From positions 1 to 35,521 of the forward strand of contig DAMU01000079.1 of NCBI GenBank assembly GCA_002499705.1: 35,521 bases of DNA. Reading direction: 5' to 3'. Made by a program: the position numbers and the translations under genes. Within the stretch, counting starts at the first letter, position 1, and every line of letters begins with the position of its first letter. This document shows positions 19,342-27,204 of the stretch, one piece after another. The notes beneath the pieces were generated by a model, which worked only from the letters and a program-made list of their open reading frames with translations, made no database searches and had not been told where the DNA came from. This stretch comes from Euryarchaeota archaeon UBA91 (GTDB lineage Archaea; Thermoplasmatota; Poseidoniia; Poseidoniales; Poseidoniaceae).

Positions 19342-20385
19342 ATGAGCGAAGAATCCGACGCCGCAGACGATGCGAAAAGCGAAGTTCAAACAACTGATGA
19401 AGCCAAAAAGGAGGCCGAACAGGCTCGTTTGGCCAAGACATTCCGCTTAATCAGTGGTGAAGAAGTACTGCTTACCAAGCGTCCGAGTGCTTTCGCGTTC
19501 TTGGGAATGTATTTACTGGGAATATTGGTACTCGGCGTTCACTTCATTTTTGATAATGCACACCAACTCTCATCAGATGATTCAAGCGGTTTCATGAAGA
19601 TTGCATTAACCATCATCGACATCACAGGTGGTGAGCAGTGGCCGTTTGGATTTGTGTTTGTTATGCTTTTCATCACTTGGATGAACCGTTTGGTCAACGT
19701 ATCAACATCCGGGCGATGGGTCACCATTGGATTGCTAATCATTACCCTGACCCCTATTCTCATTCAACTGGATGACATCTTGTTTTGGGTTACCGACCTT
19801 TTCATGGATGAGCCAATCGGTGATTTCATCCCCCTTGACAACTACAACTACGTCATCTTCGGTTTGGGCTATGTTGGTATTTACATGGCTTTAACCTTCT
19901 ATTACCAACGTAGTTTCCACTATGCAGTCACATCCGATGCGGTAATTTTTGAGCACAGTTTCTTACTTTCTCGTTCCCACCGAAGAATACTTTTCGACCG
20001 TATCTCCGAAGTCATGGTGGAACGTTCACCAGTTGGAACCCTGCTCGGTTTCGCAACCGTAACCATACTCACTGATTCAGGTGTTGGTATCGTTGAAGAA
20101 AATACCGGTTCAGCTATTGCAGGAGCTATACCAGGCACCACAGAGAAAGAAGGTGATTCAACAGCAGAAAAAGCGGGTAAAGGCATTTTGCGCTCAGTAA
20201 TTGGACTGCTCACCTACCAGCGAACGATTCGTGTCGTTCGTCCAGACCCGAAGCACTGTATGTATAACATTCGAAATTGGGAGAGTGCCAAAGCACTTCT
20301 CAACGAAAAGCACAAAGATCACAGTCAATCAAACCTCCTTAGAGATTTGAAAGACACCATTGTGGCTGCTGGCGAGGAAGACTGA
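19342..20385 (+). CDS. Membrane protein with bacterial PH (bPH_2) domain
   Basis: About 4 TM helices followed by YAVTSDAVIFEHSFLL...FDRISEVMVERSPVGTLLGFATVTI; GAGGAG RBS. Confidence 0.8.
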   Translation: MSEESDAADDAKSEVQTTDEAKKEAEQARLAKTFRLISGEEVLLTKRPSAFAFLGMYLLGILVLGVHFIFDNAHQLSSDDSSGFMKIALTIIDITGGEQWPFGFVFVMLFITWMNRLVNVSTSGRWVTIGLLIITLTPILIQLDDILFWVTDLFMDEPIGDFIPLDNYNYVIFGLGYVGIYMALTFYYQRSFHYAVTSDAVIFEHSFLLSRSHRRILFDRISEVMVERSPVGTLLGFATVTILTDSGVGIVEENTGSAIAGAIPGTTEKEGDSTAEKAGKGILRSVIGLLTYQRTIRVVRPDPKHCMYNIRNWESAKALLNEKHKDHSQSNLLRDLKDTIVAAGEED

Positions 20386-20451
20386 TTTGTAAAACACATT
20401 AACGAGTGTTTGAAAAACTGAATACCACCGCGTAAAGATTGAGGCGATACC

Positions 20452-20973
20452 ATGAGCGATGACAAAGTACTCGAAGGACCAATAGAAAAACTACGTAACG
20501 GTGACTTGGACGGAGCAATTTCTGAACTTGATGATTTGATGAGTTCCCACAAAACAAATGCTGAAGTTCACCACATGTTTGCGGAATTTGCAAACATGAA
20601 AAATGCCGATGCTCAAGATGATGTCATTCCGGGTGGTAAAATCATGATGGCTTACAAAAAGGCCATGCAACTCGATGAAGAGAACATGGAATACATCGGT
20701 GACTTCGCTACATTTGCTCTTGAATGCCGCCGTATCCCGGTTGCTGTGAAAGAATTCCAACGATATGCTCGACGCCTTGAACTCGAAGACATCCCTGTGG
20801 ATGAAGTCTTATTCACTGCCAGTAGAAATATTGTCGATGCAATCGAAGTAATGGACCCTACAAAGCAAAACCCTATGGTTCAACCTTGGCTTAAGCAAGC
20901 ACTCATCTGGTCTGTTGGTGGACTCGGATATTCACCCGAAGACGCTGTAGAAATGCTTCAACGTGAAGATTGA
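20452..20973 (+). CDS. Hypothetical all-helical (TPR-like) protein
   Basis: GDLDGAISELDDL...AYKKAMQLDEEN...AVKEFQRY helical-repeat pattern; GAGG RBS. Confidence 0.6.
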   Translation: MSDDKVLEGPIEKLRNGDLDGAISELDDLMSSHKTNAEVHHMFAEFANMKNADAQDDVIPGGKIMMAYKKAMQLDEENMEYIGDFATFALECRRIPVAVKEFQRYARRLELEDIPVDEVLFTASRNIVDAIEVMDPTKQNPMVQPWLKQALIWSVGGLGYSPEDAVEMLQRED

Positions 20974-20982
20974 GGTGAAGCA

Positions 20983-21909
20983 ATGACGGACCAGAGCGTT
21001 CGTCTCGGATTTCGTATTGGTTATCTTGGAGATGGCTATCATGGAAGCCAAGTTCAGCCAGATGTGAAAACCGTTCAGGGTGAGTTGATACGAGTTTTTC
21101 GAAGTCTCAAATGGCTTGAAAGTCCGCTGCATGAGCATAATCTCGTTCTGTCCAGCCGTACAGATGCCGGAGTACATGTTCGTCTCAACGGAGGAACTGT
21201 ACACATTAACCGAGAATTATGGGATGCACTAACACCAAGAAAAATGGTTCGGGCATTGGACGACAGGTTGCCAAATGACATTGCTTTTCTTGATGTTCGG
21301 GAAGTTGACGAACAATGGAATCCACGAATGGCAAACTTCCGGGTATACCGTTACAGGCTGGAAGGAATTGAATTTTGGAAGTATCCAGGAGAACACTTTG
21401 TCAGTTGGTTGAAGATGTTTGAAGGGACCTATAACGCAACGAATTTCGCACGACTTGAAGAAGGCAAAAACCCTATGCGCACAATACTCTCTTGCACGCC
21501 ATGGATTGTAGATGGCAGAACTGTTGGCTTCGAAATTGTTGGAGAAGCTTTTTTGTGGAATCAAGTTCGTAGAACGGCGATGGCATTGCATCGGATGTCA
21601 ATAGGTGAGATTACCGCTGAACAAGTACAACATGCCATTGACCACCCCGAAATCGAATATGATTTTGGAGTTGCACCACCTGATTGGCTTATTCTATGGG
21701 GAGTCGATTGGGACCTCATGCCTTTACCAACCAACGAGAAAGAAACAGGAAGTCTTACTGCTCCTCCGACCGGACAGGCTGTAGAAAGAACCATGAGGAA
21801 AAGATGGCGTCAAGGTGCTCGTCATGAACTGAAAAATCTCTTGTATCAAGAATGGGCGGAACTTGGCGAGTTGCCAGTCGTCAAACATCGAAATTCACTT
21901 GACAAGTAG
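20983..21909 (+). CDS. truA: tRNA pseudouridine(38-40) synthase
   Basis: YLGDGYHGSQVQPDVKTVQG, SRTDAGVH (catalytic Asp), FLWNQVRR; GAGGTGA RBS. Confidence 0.93.
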   Translation: MTDQSVRLGFRIGYLGDGYHGSQVQPDVKTVQGELIRVFRSLKWLESPLHEHNLVLSSRTDAGVHVRLNGGTVHINRELWDALTPRKMVRALDDRLPNDIAFLDVREVDEQWNPRMANFRVYRYRLEGIEFWKYPGEHFVSWLKMFEGTYNATNFARLEEGKNPMRTILSCTPWIVDGRTVGFEIVGEAFLWNQVRRTAMALHRMSIGEITAEQVQHAIDHPEIEYDFGVAPPDWLILWGVDWDLMPLPTNEKETGSLTAPPTGQAVERTMRKRWRQGARHELKNLLYQEWAELGELPVVKHRNSLDK

Positions 21910-22362
21910 GTGAATGACGTCTTCATCTTCAATTGAGAGTTGCTCTCTTAGAAAAGAGCAGGCAATCACTTCAACAACATCGGTATGTCGGGTGAGGTCC
22001 GGAATCAAAAGAGCGCATTCAGTGGCCGTGCCATCTGATTCAAGTGAAGCGGAAAAGGCAGTAGCACCGCCAAAGGAAACACCATCTCGCAGAAAACCAC
22101 GAATGCGATGAGCCTCGTGCATAGAAACATCAATCTTGGATGCTGACGAACGGTCTTCATCCGATGCGTCCAACGTATCAATTCCAGACTTTTTTCGTAA
22201 AGCGATGTAATTGATTAGATCCTGACCCTCAATCTTCAGATTAAGAGTGCCAGGCCAAGCGGTCCCACCAAGCAACATTTTGAATTGATCTTGATAATGG
22301 GGTTGGGCCATGAAAATATGTGCACGCCCTAAGCCACTGCTTACTGTTCCCGTCAGACGCAT
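21895..22362 (-). CDS. ribK: CTP-dependent riboflavin kinase (archaeal, stand-alone)
   Basis: GTVSSGLGRA, WPGTLN, GF...SFGG, P..T.H..VVEVIA..LR. Confidence 0.88.
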   Translation of the reverse strand: MRLTGTVSSGLGRAHIFMAQPHYQDQFKMLLGGTAWPGTLNLKIEGQDLINYIALRKKSGIDTLDASDEDRSSASKIDVSMHEAHRIRGFLRDGVSFGGATAFSASLESDGTATECALLIPDLTRHTDVVEVIACSFLREQLSIEDEDVIHLLVK

Positions 22363-22476
22363 GACACGCCCAGCATCGTCCCCTTTTTGAGTGCATGTAT
22401 TGCATCTGTTGATTTCATCTCTTCAGGCCCGAAAGAACTTGAACGGTGAAGCAGTGCGGTGGTATGAGGGGAGCAT

Positions 22477-23658
22477 ATGCCAGGTGACATGTCATGGATG
22501 AAAACTCGATTTGATGAACTTTCAGAAAAATCTCTTTTGTGGGAACCGCCCACTTTGGAAAGTCCTAACCAGCCTCGATGTCGCATGGACGGAAAACCAA
22601 CAATCATGCTTTCTGCGAATAATTATCTCAACCTTACCACTCATCCAAAAGTCAAACAAGCCATGCTTGACGCGACCATGAAATATGGTGCAGGCAGTGG
22701 AAGTGTTCGTGCAATTGCAGGTACGATGGACATTCATTTGGAAGCAGAAAAGAAAGTTGCAGAATTCAAAGGAGTCGAAGCATCACTGATTTATTCTGCA
22801 GGTTACACTGTCAATGTTGGGCTCATTCCTACCCTGGTTACTGGTGCGCAAGATGTCATCATTAGCGACTCACTCAATCATGGCTCCATCATTGATGGAG
22901 TACGCTTGACAAAAGCCAGCCGTGGCGTCTATGCACACAATGACATGGGAGAACTGGAAGCGGTTCTCAAAGCCCACGAAGGAGCGGGGCGGAAACTGAT
23001 TATTACCGATGGTGTGTTTTCAATGGATGGAGACATTGCTCCCCTTGATGAAGTGACGAAATTAGCCGAAGAATATGGAGCCATGGTCTATGTTGACGAT
23101 TGTCATGGAGAAGGCGTACTGGGCGAAAAAGGAGCAGGAATTGTCGACCACTTCAATCTCCAAGGCAAGGTTGATTTCGAAACTGGGTCCTTCTCAAAAG
23201 CACTTGGAGTCCAAGGCGGAATTCTTGCTGGAAGCGAAATGACTCGAAACCATGCCCTCAACCATTCTCGTTCATGGCTTCTTTCAGGATCGCAACCGCC
23301 AGGTGTTGCTGCTGCGCAAAAAGCTGCAATTGAAGTTTTGATGGATGAACCTGAACATCACGCACGACTTTGGGAGAATACCAATTACTTCCGAAAGGAA
23401 TTGCAATCACTTGGTTTTGATACCGGAGATTCAGTCACTCCAATTATCCCAGTGATGTGTGGGGATTCAAGTATTGCAAAAGCCATGACCAAATCACTCG
23501 GTGAAGAGGGGGTAATGGCAGGAGCAATCGTCTTCCCAATGGTCGCTCGCGACAAAGCCCGAATCCGTACACAAATGTCTGCAGGACTCAATCGAGATGA
23601 CTTAGATGAAGTTCTACGACTGTTCGAAAAGGTTGGACCAACGTTAGGTTTGATCTAA
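22477..23658 (+). CDS. kbl: Glycine C-acetyltransferase / 8-amino-7-oxononanoate synthase family (AOS) enzyme
   Basis: ANNYLNL, GAGSGSVRAIAGT, DSLNHGSIIDG, TDGVFSMDGD, DDCHGEG, SFSKALG, ARIRTQMSA. kbl versus bioF cannot be fully resolved from sequence. Confidence 0.8.
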   Translation: MPGDMSWMKTRFDELSEKSLLWEPPTLESPNQPRCRMDGKPTIMLSANNYLNLTTHPKVKQAMLDATMKYGAGSGSVRAIAGTMDIHLEAEKKVAEFKGVEASLIYSAGYTVNVGLIPTLVTGAQDVIISDSLNHGSIIDGVRLTKASRGVYAHNDMGELEAVLKAHEGAGRKLIITDGVFSMDGDIAPLDEVTKLAEEYGAMVYVDDCHGEGVLGEKGAGIVDHFNLQGKVDFETGSFSKALGVQGGILAGSEMTRNHALNHSRSWLLSGSQPPGVAAAQKAAIEVLMDEPEHHARLWENTNYFRKELQSLGFDTGDSVTPIIPVMCGDSSIAKAMTKSLGEEGVMAGAIVFPMVARDKARIRTQMSAGLNRDDLDEVLRLFEKVGPTLGLI

Positions 23659-24330
23659 TCATTCACTCTCGTTAATATTCAGATTCACATTAAGATCTCC
23701 AGATATTGCGCTGTCTTGAATATTGTATGTGATGTTTTGAACAACGGAGAGCAATTCATCATCACCATCTGTAATTTCTTCAATCGCACTAGGCTCTTCA
23801 AAAACCGGCATATCCAATGCTTCAAAAGGATTGATCCCATCTTCAAGTTGGCAAAGCAAACGCCAGCGTGGAGCCCAAGAGAGGTGAACATACATTGGAC
23901 CAGGTAATAACAAAAGAAGCCATACAAGGCTTGATGGAACTGTGAAAATTTCTGTTTGCGAGATTGTCAATAATCCAAATCCAACAAAAGGCATTGGATA
24001 GAGAATGTATCGAGGCGGTGTTACTGGGAAACGCTTTGATAAACTTACAATAATCAATGACAACATTCCCAAAACCAAGCATGAAACCATGATGAGCGCA
24101 GAATGGAAAATCCAGTTGTTGAACCAACTGGCAGATTCATTACCAAATCGGTAGGGCATAAGAAGAGCGAGTGAAATTAAGAGACCATAAAAAGCCGCAA
24201 TGTTCGACGGGTGAGAGAGCCAAAGAGGCAACTGTGTGAAGCGTCGAGAAAGTGACGTACCCAAGAGCGTCTCACGTTCCTTCAAACCGAGAGCGTCAAG
24301 GTGACCATGCCATCTATGAGGTGAGTCCAC
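23659..24330 (-). CDS. Hypothetical membrane protein (about 4 TM, acidic tail)
   Basis: 223-aa ORF with hydrophobic segments; TTAAAG at about -27 from the GTG start. Confidence 0.7.
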   Translation of the reverse strand: MDSPHRWHGHLDALGLKERETLLGTSLSRRFTQLPLWLSHPSNIAAFYGLLISLALLMPYRFGNESASWFNNWIFHSALIMVSCLVLGMLSLIIVSLSKRFPVTPPRYILYPMPFVGFGLLTISQTEIFTVPSSLVWLLLLLPGPMYVHLSWAPRWRLLCQLEDGINPFEALDMPVFEEPSAIEEITDGDDELLSVVQNITYNIQDSAISGDLNVNLNINESE

Positions 24331-24388
24331 ATTCTACGGTAGAGATGCAGCCTTTAATCTAAGGGCTTTACATTAGGCCGAAAAACCC

Positions 24389-25039
24389 TTATTCCCGTCG
24401 GAATTTACTGAAAATACCCTCAGGTTCAATCTCAATGGTTGGTTCTTCCTCAAACCATGAACGTTCAAGAAGACCCGAATTTGTTTTCTCTCTCTCCCGA
24501 GCAGATTCAATCGAATCTTCATCTCCGTTTACTGCATCGCGCAGTGCGATGGCTTGATTGATCAAAATTACATACCTTTTGAGTGCTGGATGATTTTGAG
24601 GCAGATGGCTAAAGTGCCCAATGACTGCGTACGTTTCATCATCGCGAATAAGGAGTGAGCCACCCATCAATTCATCCACTGTTAGCCGAACCCTGCCAAT
24701 CCCTACATCACCCCATAAACCATCAGAGAATTGGACCATAACAACAGCTTGTCCGAGTTCAAGATCGCCCATGAAGGGATGATTCAAATTCACCGCTAAT
24801 GGAACTCGGAGAAGAGGTGATTTTTGGTAAAGAAATACTCCGCCAAAAACACCGGAAAAAAGCAACAAAAGAGAGTACATAAAACCGGCATCAGTGGAGA
24901 TAAAAAACCATATGATTCCGATAATGAAAATCTCAAAGGTCAACAGTAGTGCGAAAAAACGATACAGGAAAGGACGAGCGATTTCAAGGGATATAAATCG
25001 CCGCATTTCGACAGACAATTCACCTCGCTCTTCGGCCAC
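24389..25039 (-). CDS. Hypothetical membrane protein (2 N-terminal TM plus soluble domain)
   Basis: 216-aa ORF; promoter-like element at the same spacing as for grpE. Confidence 0.7.
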   Translation of the reverse strand: MAEERGELSVEMRRFISLEIARPFLYRFFALLLTFEIFIIGIIWFFISTDAGFMYSLLLLFSGVFGGVFLYQKSPLLRVPLAVNLNHPFMGDLELGQAVVMVQFSDGLWGDVGIGRVRLTVDELMGGSLLIRDDETYAVIGHFSHLPQNHPALKRYVILINQAIALRDAVNGDEDSIESAREREKTNSGLLERSWFEEEPTIEIEPEGIFSKFRRE

Positions 25040-25053
25040 ATTTAACCATAGAC

Positions 25054-25068
25054 AAGTCGTCTTTGAAC
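25054..25068 (-). promoter_or_regulatory. Putative promoter element GTTCAAAGACGACTT
   Basis: Ends 14 nt before the GTG at 25039; near-identical to the 3617-3631 element. Confidence 0.4.
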
Positions 25069-25180
25069 TTCACGGTGCAATCTTGACAATGCGAATGGCA
25101 AGCGGCTCACACAATCAACCATCGAAACCAACGTTATGAGTTCATTCGAGCCGCACCTTTCAAGAAGTGTCCCGTAAGCA

Positions 25181-25197
25181 TCACCCCGTAGGGGTGA
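25181..25197 (+). promoter_or_regulatory. Inverted repeat TCACCCC-GTA-GGGGTGA overlapping the GGTGA RBS
   Basis: Perfect 7-bp stem with a 3-nt loop, ending 6 nt before the ATG at 25204. Confidence 0.35.
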
Positions 25198-25203
25198 GCG
25201 AAA

Positions 25204-27204
25204 ATGGTAGAACTGCCGCAAGGAGATGTGACAGAAGTTCGTCGAGGCGGACCTGAATCTTTGCGATTACTTTCTACAGATATGGCCCGTTTAGGGACCT
25301 CAGGATATATCCGCATTGAGCGAAGACCAAAAGAGCAAATGCCTCGGATAGGGCATATTGCGTTTCTTGAAGGAAAGCCGATGTTCGCCTTACATGAAGC
25401 CGATGCAATATCAATGTCGCTTGAAGCATTACTGGATATCGAAAACGATGCTGCACTTCTTGATGCTTTACTCGCCATTCATGAATTATCCTTACCAGAT
25501 GCAGAAAATATCCTCACTCTCTACCCCGAGGCTCATTTCCAAATGGATGAATCTTCGGATACAAAGAACGATGACCACCAATGGTGGTCAAAGACAAATA
25601 TCCGATCGAGTTCTTGGAGTAGGGAAGAACGCTTACCTGAACTTGAAGTCGTTGTTGAAGCACCTGAAGCGATTCGGCAACGAAGCAAAGCACTCATGCA
25701 ACGGCATGATGGACTTGAAAAAATGTTACGGCCCGGAGATGCTTACTTCTTTGACTCAAGAAACCCAGCTCCGTTGTTTGACCTTGCAGGCCACTTAGCG
25801 GTTCATGGACGTCCATTGTTCGTACTTGCACGGCACGACATTGAAGCACTCAATGTCGAGCATAACATTCCTATCGCTTCAAGTTCCTGGCTTTCTGAAA
25901 ACGGTGATGTTCGTTCAACAGACCCAGCATTAGAAAATATTCGACGTCGAATTGATGCATTCTTGTGGGAGAACCTTCGTGCAGTAATTGTTCTTGAAGG
26001 AGTTGAGTATTTGGCAAGCCTGCATGGAGATGATAAGGTCGTCAATTTCCTCCGAGATATTGTTGACGGTGTCCGACTTGAAGACCACCTCTTTTTGGTG
26101 ACCGGAGACTTCAATGCTTTCCCTCTCACGACAAGAGAACATTTGTCACGATATATGTCCAATATTGAGCCGTCTGTTCTTGAGCATTGGAACCTTGAAC
26201 CAGACTTGATTCTTGACCATCCACTCTGTGCACCACCAAGTGAGGAAGAAGGGAAATGGATTGAACAACAACTTCAGCAAGCGATATCTGCATCGAACTC
26301 TGAAAATTTCTCATCCCAAACTACAGTCTTTGGGACAATGGAGGGTGGAGTGGAGTCACCAGATTCCGAGGCCATCATCGCTGCAACAGAAACGCTTGAA
26401 ACAGTCGCACGAGAATGGAGTCATCCGGAACAACCAACGTCAACTGAACACGTTTCATCCGAAATCGAAAACGAAACTCAAGCAGTACCCAGTGTAACTG
26501 AAACCGTCGAACAAGCCCCCGTGCTCCCACCCGCAGAAATGCAAGAGGATGAAGGAAAACCTACACATCTGGATGCAGAGGATAATTCGCCTCCAGTCCA
26601 AGTTACCAAAACTGTTGTAACACATCCAGAAAAGTCACATGATGAATCAAACAAAACCAGCGGTCCTCGGCCGGCTCAACGCGTTCGCCGAAGAAAGAAA
26701 AACACTAGCCCGCAAAAAACCGCTCGTAATCAACGTGCAATACAGGCAGCGGCGGTCCATGCGGTTGACGCCAAGGAGTTGAGTGAAATTCAGAGTGTGC
26801 GCTCGACCCAAAGGAGTTCTTTTGCAAATTCACTTGAGGCCTATGCAGACCGTCAAGACCAAGCGTTGGAAAGCATACGTGCCCAATATTCTCCTCAGAG
26901 CGATTCATCACTGAAGAATTCTACAATCGTCTTCAAAGACATTCAAGATGTTGAAGTACGGATTTCTTCAACGCAAAGAGGCTCGATAGAATCGGTCAAA
27001 AGCCGAAGGCCGGTCAATACAGAAACAAAGCTTACACCCCTGAGTGCCCGACCCGGTGCTGGAAAATCAGCAAAATCCAAAACGGTCAATCGTGAGTCTG
27101 CTTCTCGAAAACAATCGGAGTCATCCATTGAAAACAAACTTAGCATTTGGGAAATCGAAGACCGTGAACGACTTAGAAAAGAGTTAGAGGAGGAGAAATC
27201 ATGA
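25204..27204 (+). CDS. DUF2226/PATAN-like N-terminal domain + DUF835 (inactive KaiC/RecA-like) domain + long disordered C-terminus
   Basis: N-terminus MVELPQG...TSGYIRIE...GHIAFLEGKP; middle PGDAYFF...WLSE...VIVLEGVEYLASLHGDDKVVNFLRDIVD (DUF835 pattern); Ser/Glu/Pro/Lys/Arg-rich tail. Confidence 0.72.
   Translation: MVELPQGDVTEVRRGGPESLRLLSTDMARLGTSGYIRIERRPKEQMPRIGHIAFLEGKPMFALHEADAISMSLEALLDIENDAALLDALLAIHELSLPDAENILTLYPEAHFQMDESSDTKNDDHQWWSKTNIRSSSWSREERLPELEVVVEAPEAIRQRSKALMQRHDGLEKMLRPGDAYFFDSRNPAPLFDLAGHLAVHGRPLFVLARHDIEALNVEHNIPIASSSWLSENGDVRSTDPALENIRRRIDAFLWENLRAVIVLEGVEYLASLHGDDKVVNFLRDIVDGVRLEDHLFLVTGDFNAFPLTTREHLSRYMSNIEPSVLEHWNLEPDLILDHPLCAPPSEEEGKWIEQQLQQAISASNSENFSSQTTVFGTMEGGVESPDSEAIIAATETLETVAREWSHPEQPTSTEHVSSEIENETQAVPSVTETVEQAPVLPPAEMQEDEGKPTHLDAEDNSPPVQVTKTVVTHPEKSHDESNKTSGPRPAQRVRRRKKNTSPQKTARNQRAIQAAAVHAVDAKELSEIQSVRSTQRSSFANSLEAYADRQDQALESIRAQYSPQSDSSLKNSTIVFKDIQDVEVRISSTQRGSIESVKSRRPVNTETKLTPLSARPGAGKSAKSKTVNRESASRKQSESSIENKLSIWEIEDRERLRKELEEEKS

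Noticed and set aside
25040-25203. Possible replication origin next to the DnaA-like gene
   Set aside because: No TTATCCACA DnaA boxes, ORB-like repeats or AT-rich unwinding element seen; the region is short and looks like a divergent promoter.
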